A stretch of DNA of 64,000 nt from positions 61,771 to 125,770 of the forward strand of contig JACJZG010000007.1 of the NCBI GenBank assembly GCA_020635715.1, in the 5' to 3' direction. Shown here piece by piece: positions 1 to 9,692 of the stretch (positions within the stretch are counted from its first letter, which is position 1; every line of letters begins with the position of its first letter). Both the position numbers and the translations under genes were made by a program. The DNA is from Flavobacteriales bacterium. Lineage in GTDB: Bacteria > Bacteroidota > Bacteroidia > Flavobacteriales_F > PHOS-HE28. Under the pieces are notes generated by a model. The model was not told the DNA's origin and did no database searches. It saw only the letters and a list, made by a program, of their open reading frames with translations.

Positions 1-30
1 TGGTCGTGCCCCCGGTACTTTCGGCCCCGA

Positions 31-1224
31 ATGCGTCTTACCGCGCTTTTCCTCTTCCTGAGCACCACCCTCTGCACCCTGGCGCAGGAGAAGGTGCTGC
101 GCATCGGCATCCTGCGTGACCGCACCTTCCGCAACGTGCTCGTGATGAGCCAGCGCGGTGTGTGCACCGTCTTTGCCGACGGGGAGCGCAAGGGCGAGAT
201 CCAGGTGAACGATGGCCTGCGGGTGGACCTGAGCGGAAAGAGCCTCGTGGCCAAGTCGCTCAACCTGTCGGTCACGGCCAAGGAGCGCATCGAGCTGGTG
301 CCGCGCATGGAGACGAGCGGCCTGCGGCTGCGGCTGCCGGAGAGCAAATTGGCGGAACGCACCTATCCGGGCGGTATCACCATCACCGTGGAGGGCAACA
401 ACCTGCGGCTCACCAACGCGGTCCCCATCGAAGCATACACGGCCGGTGTGGTGCAGGCCGAAGCGGGGAAGGAACACCGCCAGGAGTATTACAAGATGCA
501 GGCGGTGAGCTGCCGCACCTACGCGCTGTGCAACGTGCGCAAGCATGCGCCGGAAGGCTTCGAACTGTGCGATGGGGTCCATTGTCAGGTGTACCATGGC
601 GCGTGCAGGCAGGACAGCATCACCATGGCGGTGGAGGCGACGAAGGGCATGGTGATGGTGGATGCGGACATCAAGCTCATCCATGCGCTCTTCCATAGCA
701 ACTGCGGCGGCGAGACCATGAACGCCGAGGACCTCTGGAGCAAGCGCGAGCCCTACCTGCGCTCCACAGTGGATGAATACTGCAGGCAGGAGCCGCATGC
801 CACCTGGCAGCGCACCTTCACGCGCAAGGAATGGGTGGGTTACCTCGAGAAGCGCTTCAACGTGAAGAGCGCCGACCGCCAGGCGCTGGAGCCGCTGTTG
901 AACTACGAACCCACCTGCCGCGACATCTTCATGGGCAACACCACGCACCGGGTGCCGCTGAAGCACGTGCGCGAGGACCTGAAGCTGAAGTCCACCTTCT
1001 TCAGCGTGACCACCACCGGCGAACAAGTGGTGCTGAACGGTCGTGGTTTCGGGCACGGCGTGGGCCTGTGCCAGGAAGGGGCCATGCACATGGCGCGCGC
1101 TGGAAAGAACTACACGGACATCCTCAGGCACTACTACACCGATGTGCACCTGGTGGACGTGAACAGCCTGGACTTCTTCCGGGACGAGGACCCCAGCACG
1201 GGCAGTGCGGGGCCGAAGCGCTGA
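31..1224 (+). CDS. SpoIID/LytB domain-containing protein (amidase-enhancer family), signal peptide
   Basis: 397-aa ORF; N-terminal hydrophobic signal; conserved SpoIID-family motifs (…GRGFGHGVGLCQEGA…, NCGGET…); clean ORF. Confidence 0.78.
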   Translation: MRLTALFLFLSTTLCTLAQEKVLRIGILRDRTFRNVLVMSQRGVCTVFADGERKGEIQVNDGLRVDLSGKSLVAKSLNLSVTAKERIELVPRMETSGLRLRLPESKLAERTYPGGITITVEGNNLRLTNAVPIEAYTAGVVQAEAGKEHRQEYYKMQAVSCRTYALCNVRKHAPEGFELCDGVHCQVYHGACRQDSITMAVEATKGMVMVDADIKLIHALFHSNCGGETMNAEDLWSKREPYLRSTVDEYCRQEPHATWQRTFTRKEWVGYLEKRFNVKSADRQALEPLLNYEPTCRDIFMGNTTHRVPLKHVREDLKLKSTFFSVTTTGEQVVLNGRGFGHGVGLCQEGAMHMARAGKNYTDILRHYYTDVHLVDVNSLDFFRDEDPSTGSAGPKR

Positions 1225-1228
1225 GCGA

Positions 1229-2551
1229 TCACGTATCCTGCACGCGCCACCAGCCCGCCTTCTTGGGGTGCAGCAGCGCGTTGTACACGAAGGCGCCGAT
1301 GAGGCAGCCCGTGGCGATGCCCGAGAGCGCGAAGAGCAGGTTGAGGATGTTGCCACCGGCATCCAATCCGGAGGCGATGCCCGTGACGCTCATCAATCCG
1401 AATGCGCCGGGCGTTAGCAACCAGAAGCCGGGCAGGAAGGTGACGATGGCCGGCGGGCCGTGGAAGCGGAACTCGATCACCAGCGCCGCGATGGTCATGA
1501 GCGCCGCACCGAAGAACGCGGTGGAAGCCCCGTTGATGAACAGGCCGGAGAAGGTCTGTGCCATGTACGCGATGTACGCGGTGATGAGCATGAAGATGAA
1601 GGAGCGGCGCTTGCTGCTCTGGTAGATGTGCAGGCCGAGGGTGAAGACAAGCACACCGAGCCAGGGCCAGCTGGTCGCAAGCCGTTCGTCGAAGTGGGTC
1701 TGGTATTGCACGCGACCATCGCTGAAGGCCTTGAAGCCACCGATGATGCCGAAGGCCAGGAGCACCAGCCGGGTGAAGCCGGCGACCATGCGGCTGGCGC
1801 CTGAGATGATGCTGTTGTACGCCAGCTCGATCACGCTCACCGTGAGCATGGTGCCGGGCAGGAAGGTGATCAGCGGCGGGATGAGGATGCTCAACGGAGG
1901 CTCCTTCAGGCCGTACCGGTAGCCGAGCGCCACACCCGCGCTCAGCAGGAAGGACACCACCACGGGCAGCACCACCGTCCATGCGGGTCGCCGTCGCGCG
2001 GCCACCAGCATGAGGGCACAGACGAAGGCCATGAGACCGGTGATGAGCAGGCCTTTTGGAGAAGGGCGCAGCATGAGCGCCACCCCGAGCGTGGTCATCA
2101 GATAACCGCACACGTAGCCGAGGTCACCGTAATAATGTGGTGTGCGCCACATCTCTTCCAGCCGGTTGAGCCCTTCGGTCGGCGTGAGTTCGCCCTTGCG
2201 CGCGGAACGTGCGATCGTGAGCACTTCCTCGATCTGGTCGAAGCGCAGGGACGCCACGCGGTAGGCCCCATGGGTCATGTCCACCTGGTACTCCTCGCCG
2301 CGTTCCCACTTCAGGAAGAGCACCGTGGGCAGCACGAAGACCTGCACATCGGGCTCGCCGTTGGCGCGGGCGATCATCGCCAGGTCGCGTTCCACCAAGG
2401 GCACCGCATTGCCCGCGTTCAGCTCGGCCTGCCCCAGCTTGCCGAGGAAGCGGAGCAGCGTCGCGCGCTCGCGGGAGGGATCGGCGGGGGCGGGGACCAT
2501 CGCGCGAAAGTAGCTGGGGGCGGGAGCACGATCATCCGGCGGTCTCACCAA
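1229..2551 (-). CDS. threonine/serine exporter family membrane protein (ThrE-like; DUF1212 + DUF3815 architecture)
   Basis: 440-aa ORF; soluble N-terminal domain followed by ~10 predicted TM helices, typical of ThrE family; start may be an internal Met. Confidence 0.65.
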   Translation of the reverse strand: MVRPPDDRAPAPSYFRAMVPAPADPSRERATLLRFLGKLGQAELNAGNAVPLVERDLAMIARANGEPDVQVFVLPTVLFLKWERGEEYQVDMTHGAYRVASLRFDQIEEVLTIARSARKGELTPTEGLNRLEEMWRTPHYYGDLGYVCGYLMTTLGVALMLRPSPKGLLITGLMAFVCALMLVAARRRPAWTVVLPVVVSFLLSAGVALGYRYGLKEPPLSILIPPLITFLPGTMLTVSVIELAYNSIISGASRMVAGFTRLVLLAFGIIGGFKAFSDGRVQYQTHFDERLATSWPWLGVLVFTLGLHIYQSSKRRSFIFMLITAYIAYMAQTFSGLFINGASTAFFGAALMTIAALVIEFRFHGPPAIVTFLPGFWLLTPGAFGLMSVTGIASGLDAGGNILNLLFALSGIATGCLIGAFVYNALLHPKKAGWWRVQDT

Positions 2552-2691
2552 TAGCGCGACGAACGTATGGCCTTCGTGAGACAGCGGCTCTTCGGCGGAA
2601 GTGACGATCGATCTGGTAGGAACGGACTTGCGACCATGATCATGAAAGGATCATCAAGGCCCGGCATCCACCACCATCTACCTTCGCGGCC

Positions 2692-3885
2692 ATGGCACAA
2701 GCGCGCATCACCGTGAAGGACACGCAGGACCGCATTCTTCGCGGTCACCCGTGGGTCTTCGCGAACCAGATAACGGCGGAGGAAGGGGAATACGCTCCGG
2801 GCGATGTGGTGCAGGTGCTGGATGCGAAGCGTCGGCCTTTGGGTCAGGGCTACATCAACCCGGCCTCGCTCATCCGCGTGCGCATGCTTACGCCGCATCC
2901 CGAGGAGCGCGTGAACATCGCCTTCATCGCCGCGCGCATCGAGCAGGCCTGGCGCTCTCGGCAGCGGCTGGGCCTCCCAGGTTCCTGCCGTGTGGTCTTC
3001 AGCGATGCTGACTTCCTTCCCGGCCTGGTGGTGGATCGATTCGTGGATGTGACCGATGGCGGACGTTCCGTGCTATCCGTGCAATTCCTCACGTTGGGCA
3101 TGGAGCGTTGGAAGGACGTGGTGCTCGAAACGCTAGCCACCGTACTCGCCCCGGACGGCATCTACATCCGCAACGATGTGCCCATCCGGGAGAAGGAGGG
3201 TCTGGAGCAGTGGAAGGGCTTCCACGGCAAGCCGTTCAGCACCGACCTCGTGATCGAGGAGAACGGCCTCCACCTGCACGTGGATGTGGCCGGCGGGCAG
3301 AAGACGGGCCACTTCATGGACCAGGTGTTGAACCATGCGGCCATGCAGCGCATCAGCAAGGACAGGCGCGTGCTGGATTGTTTCACGCACACGGGTGGCT
3401 TCGGCCTGCATGCGGCGGCCTACGGTGCGAAGAAGGTGCTCGGGCTTGATATCAGCGAAGAGGCGGTGGTGCAGGCCACACGCAATGCTGCGGCGAACAA
3501 GCTGGATGCGTGTACCTTCAAGGTGGCCAATGTGTTCGACTACCTCACGGAGGCGAGTCGCGCGGGCAACGAATGGGACGTGATCGTGCTGGACCCACCG
3601 GCCTTCGCCAAGAGCCGCGGCGCCATAGACAACGCTTACCGCGGTTACAAGGAGATCAACCTGCGTGCCCTGAAGTGCATCCCTAGTGGCGGCCACCTGG
3701 TCACCTGCTCCTGTTCGCAGCATATGACCCCCGACCTCTTCCGTCGCATGGTCGCTGAGGCCGCACACGATGCTGGTCGTCGCCTGCGCGAGGTGCACTA
3801 CGGCACCCAGCCGCCCGACCACCCCATCCTGTGGGGCGTGCCGGAGACGCACTACCTGAAGTGTCTGATCTTGGAGGTGGTGTGA
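2692..3885 (+). CDS. class I SAM-dependent rRNA (cytosine-C5) methyltransferase, RlmI/RlmK-like, with N-terminal PUA domain
   Basis: 397 aa; N-terminal RGHPWVF… PUA-like segment, central SAM-binding motif (VLDCFTHTGGFGLHAA), DPPAFAK motif; similarity pattern to E. coli RlmI. Confidence 0.75.
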   Translation: MAQARITVKDTQDRILRGHPWVFANQITAEEGEYAPGDVVQVLDAKRRPLGQGYINPASLIRVRMLTPHPEERVNIAFIAARIEQAWRSRQRLGLPGSCRVVFSDADFLPGLVVDRFVDVTDGGRSVLSVQFLTLGMERWKDVVLETLATVLAPDGIYIRNDVPIREKEGLEQWKGFHGKPFSTDLVIEENGLHLHVDVAGGQKTGHFMDQVLNHAAMQRISKDRRVLDCFTHTGGFGLHAAAYGAKKVLGLDISEEAVVQATRNAAANKLDACTFKVANVFDYLTEASRAGNEWDVIVLDPPAFAKSRGAIDNAYRGYKEINLRALKCIPSGGHLVTCSCSQHMTPDLFRRMVAEAAHDAGRRLREVHYGTQPPDHPILWGVPETHYLKCLILEVV

Positions 3886-3936
3886 TCTGGTGGTCTGATC
3901 GGCGGAGGCGCGCTATTTTCAAGGCGGTATCCATCG

Positions 3937-6060
3937 ATGTCCCCGGCAGCGATCAACTTCTTCAGCGTCATGGCCCGCGCGCCGATGGTGCGGTTGGCCT
4001 TGCCCTTCGCCCTGGGCATCGCGGTGGAGCGTAGCGGCTGGTTCCCGCTCTGGTCCGCGCTCACGCTTCTAGTTGTCACCTCCATCCCGGTGGTGGCCAT
4101 CCTGTTGCGGCGAACGGTCTTTGAGCGGCGGTGGGTCCGTGGGGTGGCGGTCTCGAGCTGGTTCCTTGTGTTCGGGATCTGCTGGGGTGCCTTGCGCGAT
4201 CCACTTTGCCGCCCGACACATGTGGCGGTGGATGGAGCGGCGGTGGAGGAACGTGTCTTGCACATCACCGCCATCAACGGCATCAGCGAGAAGGTGGTGC
4301 GCGCCGATGCCCGGGTGGTGTCGGCGATGGTGGACGGGGAGATACGTCCGCGCACCGGGACCATCATGCTAACGCTCATGCGCCGCGAGGGTGCTGCGGA
4401 TCCGGTGGCGGGCGATGAGCTCGTGGTGCGCAGCGTGGTCGAACCGATCACGCGGGTGCCTGATCCGGGTGGCTTTGATCGTCGGTCGTGGGCCGCCTCG
4501 CGTGGGATGTATCACGAGACCTTCGCTGGCCCGGAGCAATGGGCGGTGATCGGTCACGCCTGGCGCTGGACGGACCTCTTCGAGCCGACGCGCCAACGCG
4601 TCTCGAACTGGCTTGCCGAAAGTGGTCTACCGGATCGGGAGCGCGCCCTGGTGAAAGCGCTCGTCCTCGGTCTGCGCGACGAACTGGACCATGACCAACG
4701 CGATGCCTTTGTGCGCAGCGGGACCATCCACGTACTGGCGGTCTCGGGCACGCACGTGGGCTTCATCTATGTGATGCTGCTCTTCATGACGAAGTGGTGG
4801 GGACATACGGCCCGGGCGCGTCGCATCAGGGGAGTGCTCATCCTGCTTGCACTCTGGGGATACGCGGGCCTTACCGGTGCCTGTCCGAGCGTATTGCGTG
4901 CCACCATCATGTTCAGCCTGTTCACCATCGCGGGCATGACCGAACGACAGAACGAACCCTTGAACAGCTTGTTCGCGGCGGCCTTGTTGTTGTTGGTTTG
5001 GGAGCCGCATATGCTGGTGGAGATCGGCTTCCAATTGTCCTTCCTCGCGGTGCTGGGCATCATCCTCTTCTACAAGCCGCTCTTCCGCGCGTGGATGCCG
5101 CACAATGCCATCGTCGGGCACTTGTGGTCGCTCGCCGCGCTATCACTGGCGGCACAAGCCTTCACCACACCGCTCTCACTCTACCTCTTCAATGCCTTCC
5201 CTACCTGGTTCCTGCCAGCCAACCTCATCGTGGTCACTGCGGCGGGCATAGCGGTGTACGGGGCGGTGGCACTTCTGGCCCTTTTCCGGATCCCCTTCCT
5301 TGGTCCGCTCGTGGTGTTGCTGCTCACGGTATTGTTGCGGATCGTGGATGTGGTCACGGGTTTCTTCGCCGGGTTGCCCATGGCCTATCCGTCCATACGC
5401 ACGACCTTATGGGACAGTGTATTGCTCTATGCGCTCGTCCTGCTCGTGGCGGTCGGTCTGTTGTGGCGATGGCGACCGGCCTGGCGCTATTCGGCCGTTG
5501 CCGTGCTGTTCATCCTCGCGGGCTGGGGCTATCGCGCACACCAAGCGTATGAGCGCGTCACCTTCACGGTCTACGATGATCGCCACGCCTTGCAGGCGGC
5601 CATGCGTGTGGGTCGTGACCTGATGGTGTATGCGCCGGATACCACGCAAGGGTCCGAATGGATCAGGATGAAGGTGGAACGGCATGCACGCGCCCTGGGT
5701 CTTACCCCGCGGGCGCTTTTGGGGGATGATGCTCTCCTTGGTCCAGGGGTGCGAACGGCGGCCGGCACGCTGTTCGGTGGAGGCTTGTGGTCCACATCCG
5801 GTCTCGACGTGCGCTTCCACACCAGCAACAGCCAGACTTCCGTGATCATCCCGAGCGATGTGCTCGTGTTGCACGATCTCCGCTACATCGAGCAGGAGGA
5901 CCTCGAGGTACTGACGGGAAGCAGCGGCTACATCGTCCTGGCAGGCGGTCTTCCGTGGAAGTTGCGTGCGCACGTCCGCAAGTGGTGCGTGCAACATGAC
6001 ATCCCTTGCCACGATGTGACGGAACAAGGCGCCTTCCAGTTGGAAGGGCTCCGATCCTGA
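3937..6060 (+). CDS. ComEC/Rec2 family competence/DNA internalisation membrane protein
   Basis: 707 aa; polytopic membrane N-terminus, DUF4131-like region; conserved ComEC core (…GTIHVLAVSGTHVGFIY…). Confidence 0.75.
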   Translation: MSPAAINFFSVMARAPMVRLALPFALGIAVERSGWFPLWSALTLLVVTSIPVVAILLRRTVFERRWVRGVAVSSWFLVFGICWGALRDPLCRPTHVAVDGAAVEERVLHITAINGISEKVVRADARVVSAMVDGEIRPRTGTIMLTLMRREGAADPVAGDELVVRSVVEPITRVPDPGGFDRRSWAASRGMYHETFAGPEQWAVIGHAWRWTDLFEPTRQRVSNWLAESGLPDRERALVKALVLGLRDELDHDQRDAFVRSGTIHVLAVSGTHVGFIYVMLLFMTKWWGHTARARRIRGVLILLALWGYAGLTGACPSVLRATIMFSLFTIAGMTERQNEPLNSLFAAALLLLVWEPHMLVEIGFQLSFLAVLGIILFYKPLFRAWMPHNAIVGHLWSLAALSLAAQAFTTPLSLYLFNAFPTWFLPANLIVVTAAGIAVYGAVALLALFRIPFLGPLVVLLLTVLLRIVDVVTGFFAGLPMAYPSIRTTLWDSVLLYALVLLVAVGLLWRWRPAWRYSAVAVLFILAGWGYRAHQAYERVTFTVYDDRHALQAAMRVGRDLMVYAPDTTQGSEWIRMKVERHARALGLTPRALLGDDALLGPGVRTAAGTLFGGGLWSTSGLDVRFHTSNSQTSVIIPSDVLVLHDLRYIEQEDLEVLTGSSGYIVLAGGLPWKLRAHVRKWCVQHDIPCHDVTEQGAFQLEGLRS

Positions 6061-6067
6061 GCAGGCT

Positions 6068-6931
6068 CTATAGCGCGCTCAGCGGGAAGGTCTCCTTCAG
6101 GCGCACGCCTTTCTCGGTGAGTTCCACCGTGGCGCATTGGTTCACGGGGTCATGCTCGAAGAAGAGTACGATATCCTCCTTGGCGGCCATGCTCAGGAAG
6201 TCGCGCTTCTCGGCGAGCGTGAGCAGTGGTCGGGTGTCGTAGGCCATCACCCAAGGCAGCGGAATGTGATGCACGCTCGGTAGAAGGTCCGCCATGAAGG
6301 CCACGGTGCGGCCCTTGTATTGCATCATCGGGACCATCATGGCATCGGTATGACCATTCACCACGAACACGTCCATGGCGGGGAGGGCACCGTGCAGGAA
6401 CACGTTCTCCTCAGCGCTACGACGTCCGATGTCCACGAACTTCAATTGCCCGCTCTCCTGGATCGGCAGGATGTTCTCGCTGAGGAAGCTCGCCTTCTCA
6501 CGGGCGTTCGGCTTGGTGGCCCACTTCCAGTGGTGCTCGTTGCTCCAATAGGTGGCGTTCTTGAAGGCGGGCGCGAAGCCATCGCCCTGGCGCACGATGC
6601 TGCCACCGCAATGGTCGAAGTGCAGGTGGGTGAGGAAGACATCGGTCACGGCATCGCGGGAGAAGCCGGCCTTCTTCAACGAGCCATCGAGGCTGTCGTC
6701 ACCGTGCAGATCGTAATGGCCGAAGAACTTCGCATCCTGCTTGTCGCCGATCCCGTTATCGATCAGGATCAGCCGGTCACCGTCCTCCACGAGCAGGCAG
6801 CGCATGGCCCAGGTGCAGAGGTTGTTGGCATCGGGCGGATGGTTCTTGCTCCACAGCGTCTTGGGCACCACGCCGAACATGGCACCGCCATCGAGCTTGA
6901 AGAAACCGGTATCGATCACGTGCAGTCGCAT
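6068..6931 (-). CDS. MBL-fold metallo-hydrolase
   Basis: HxHxDH motif (THLHFDHCGG), additional His/Asp ligands; the start was chosen at the internal Met (MRLHVIDTGF) because the upstream extension looks out of character. Confidence 0.75.
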   Translation of the reverse strand: MRLHVIDTGFFKLDGGAMFGVVPKTLWSKNHPPDANNLCTWAMRCLLVEDGDRLILIDNGIGDKQDAKFFGHYDLHGDDSLDGSLKKAGFSRDAVTDVFLTHLHFDHCGGSIVRQGDGFAPAFKNATYWSNEHHWKWATKPNAREKASFLSENILPIQESGQLKFVDIGRRSAEENVFLHGALPAMDVFVVNGHTDAMMVPMMQYKGRTVAFMADLLPSVHHIPLPWVMAYDTRPLLTLAEKRDFLSMAAKEDIVLFFEHDPVNQCATVELTEKGVRLKETFPLSAL

Positions 6932-7109
6932 GGGGCGAAGTTCGAAGATCCCTGAGGAAAGGGCTCCATCCACCCAGGCTGCCCACGATCGACCGTTGAT
7001 CCATTGTGCCCGGTGGCGCGGATGGATCAATGATCACCGAAGAGCTTTGCGGCGTTCATGTCCACAACCTGTCCCGTTGGGCGGGATGCCCACATGGACA
7101 CATGCCCAC

Positions 7110-8474
7110 ATGTCGTCACAAGTCCATTTCATCGCGATCGGTGGCAGCGCCATGCACAACCTGGCCATCGCACTGCACCAGCAGGGCTTCGATGTCACCG
7201 GTAGCGACGATGAGATCTTCGAGCCGAGCCGCAGTCGATTGGAGCGCCTGGGCCTTCTGCCGGACAAGCTCGGTTGGGATCCGCTCCGTATCCACAAGGG
7301 GCTGAGCGCCGTGATCCTCGGCATGCATGCACGTCTGGACAATCCCGAGTTGAAGCGCGCACAGGAACTGGGCATACCCGTGTTCAGCTATCCCTCGTAC
7401 TTCCACGAGCGCACCAGACACAAGACCCGCGTGGTGATCGGCGGCAGTCATGGCAAGACCACCATCACCAGCATGATCGTGCATGTCCTGCGCCATGTCG
7501 GGGTGGACTTCGACTACCTCGTGGGCGCACAGCTCGATGGTTTCGACTGCATGGTGAAGCTCGGCGACAAGAGCACGGTGGCCATCATCGAGGGTGACGA
7601 GTACCTCGCCTCCGCCCTGGAACCCGTACCGAAGTTCCACCTGTACAAGCCGGACATCGCATTGATCAGTGGGATCGCCTGGGACCACATCAACGTCTTC
7701 AAGACCTTCGAGAGCTACGTGGACCAGTTCCGCCTCTTCATCGAGGCCATCGAGCCCGGTGGCAAGCTGGTCTACTGCAGGGAGGATGAGGTGGTGCGCG
7801 GCATCGCGGAGGAAAAGGGCGTGACCGCGCAACGTCTTGGTTACGGTACTCCGAAGCACCGCATCGTGGACGGGACCACCATCCTGGAGACGCACCTGGG
7901 CAATGTGCCATTGCAGGTCTTCGGTCAGCATAACCTGCAGAACATGGAAGGCGCGCGTCATGTCTGCCACCTGCTGGGCATCGGCGACGCGGACTTCAAT
8001 GCGGCCATCGCGACCTTCCATGGAGCAGCGAAGCGCCTGGAGCGCATCGGAGGTGATGCGCATCGCATGGTCTTCAAGGACTTCGCGCATTCACCCAGTA
8101 AGTTGAAGGCGACCGTCCAGGCCGTGCGCGAACAGTTCCCGGACCGTCAGCTCGTGGCCTGCATGGAGCTGCACACCTACAGCAGCCTCAGCGAGGAGTT
8201 CCTGGACCAATACGCGGGGTGCATGGATGCGGCGGATCGCGCCATCGTCTTCTACGACCCGCACGCGGTGCAGCTGAAACGCCTGCCACCCATTCCGCCG
8301 GAACGCATCCAACGGGCCTTCGCCCGAAAGGATGTGCAGGTCCTGAACGATCCCATCGCCGTGATCGGCGCGGTGCGCGAGGGGAGGGAGGAGGAGGCCG
8401 TGCTGCTCATGATGAGCAGCGGCAACTTCGGCGGGCTGGACCTTCAGGCCTTGAGCGAGGCGTTCATCGCCTGA
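7110..8474 (+). CDS. mpl: UDP-N-acetylmuramate:L-alanyl-gamma-D-glutamyl-meso-diaminopimelate ligase (peptidoglycan recycling, Mur ligase family)
   Basis: Mur-ligase N-terminal Rossmann (IAIGGSAMHNLAIAL…GSD); P-loop GGSHGKTTITSM; EGDEY motif; C-terminal FKDFAHSPSKL and LMMSSGNFGG typical of Mpl; the start was set at the internal ATG (MSSQVHFIAIGG) because the upstream extension of the ORF is arginine-rich junk. Confidence 0.8.
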   Translation: MSSQVHFIAIGGSAMHNLAIALHQQGFDVTGSDDEIFEPSRSRLERLGLLPDKLGWDPLRIHKGLSAVILGMHARLDNPELKRAQELGIPVFSYPSYFHERTRHKTRVVIGGSHGKTTITSMIVHVLRHVGVDFDYLVGAQLDGFDCMVKLGDKSTVAIIEGDEYLASALEPVPKFHLYKPDIALISGIAWDHINVFKTFESYVDQFRLFIEAIEPGGKLVYCREDEVVRGIAEEKGVTAQRLGYGTPKHRIVDGTTILETHLGNVPLQVFGQHNLQNMEGARHVCHLLGIGDADFNAAIATFHGAAKRLERIGGDAHRMVFKDFAHSPSKLKATVQAVREQFPDRQLVACMELHTYSSLSEEFLDQYAGCMDAADRAIVFYDPHAVQLKRLPPIPPERIQRAFARKDVQVLNDPIAVIGAVREGREEEAVLLMMSSGNFGGLDLQALSEAFIA

Positions 8475-8940
8475 GCTTCCGCAGCACCTTATGGTGCAGC
8501 ATGCCAATGGCCAATGCGTTGAATCCACCCGCGATCAGCAGCGTGAAGAAGGTCATGCTGGCATAGTTGAACGGCGTGAAGAACTTCTCCATGCGCGGTC
8601 GGATCACCTCCTCGGGCTGGCCATCGGCGGTACCTCGCGCCACGAGTTCCTCCACGCGCAGGTGGAAATGATCAGGCTCCACCCACCGGTAGTAGGCGAG
8701 CAGGAAGAGACTGAAGAGCAGTGCGTACACGGCGGCGCTCTTGAAGCCTTCACGCATCAGGTCCGGGAAGGAGGTCGATGGATCCCCCGTGATCATTCCT
8801 TGTCCGGTGAAGAACACGATGGTCACCAGGGCCAGGAAGTGTACGAGCATGAACTCCGTGCCTTCCGGCGGTCGCCCGAGCTTGAAGAGCAACACGCGAA
8901 GAGCCATGACGCTGATGACACCGAGGAGGGCGAGTCTCAT
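8464..8940 (-). CDS. hypothetical membrane protein (DUF4199-like)
   Basis: 158-aa ORF with 4 predicted TM segments; no catalytic motifs. Confidence 0.45.
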   Translation of the reverse strand: MRLALLGVISVMALRVLLFKLGRPPEGTEFMLVHFLALVTIVFFTGQGMITGDPSTSFPDLMREGFKSAAVYALLFSLFLLAYYRWVEPDHFHLRVEELVARGTADGQPEEVIRPRMEKFFTPFNYASMTFFTLLIAGGFNALAIGMLHHKVLRKLRR

Positions 8941-9105
8941 ATTAGCGACGAGTTTCCTTTCGAGCTGATGCGAGGTTCGAACCGATCTTTTGACATGGAC
9001 GATGCGAGTAGCCAGTAGCCAGTTCGCAGTTGACGGTTCCCTGCCATCAAGTTGAGAAGTATGGTGTCACAAAAAAGAAGGCTGTTCGATGCCAAAATGA
9101 TGCGG

Positions 9106-9513
9106 TCAAGGGCTTTTTCTCCGTTCAATTGCGCCGTACTTTCCAGGGTCGGTGATCATATCGGCGAGCAGTTTGCCTACCTCTTCTGATAGCTTTCGGA
9201 TCGGTAGGATGTCTTGTTCCACTAGGTATTCACAGGCAATGGCATGATCGAGCCAGACTTGAGTTTCTGAGTTCTCTCCGTCAGCATCGACCATTTTGGC
9301 TATGAATGACAGTGGATAGCGTCTCTTCCGATATCCTTCAGCGATCTGAGCCGTCACAGACCGTGATGAGCGTCTGATCTGATCCGTCAAGGAGTAGGTC
9401 TCTTCCTTCGGAAAGCGTTTGGAGATCCGGAATACCAAAGCCGAGATCTCAAAGGCCTTCTGATAGACGATCAAGTCCTTGAAACCAGCCATTCGCCGCT
9501 TGATTGAGAACAC
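9106..9513 (-). CDS. four-helix-bundle protein (family usually encoded in 23S rRNA intervening sequences)
   Basis: 135 aa; characteristic motifs [11 protein letters not shown]…, [19 protein letters not shown]…, QVWLDHA of the four-helix-bundle / S23 ribosomal-like family. Confidence 0.75.
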   Translation of the reverse strand: MFSIKRRMAGFKDLIVYQKAFEISALVFRISKRFPKEETYSLTDQIRRSSRSVTAQIAEGYRKRRYPLSFIAKMVDADGENSETQVWLDHAIACEYLVEQDILPIRKLSEEVGKLLADMITDPGKYGAIERRKSP

Positions 9514-9530
9514 AGGTTAACTGTCCACCG

Positions 9531-9680
<150 letters not shown>

Positions 9681-9692
9681 AACTACTCAGAA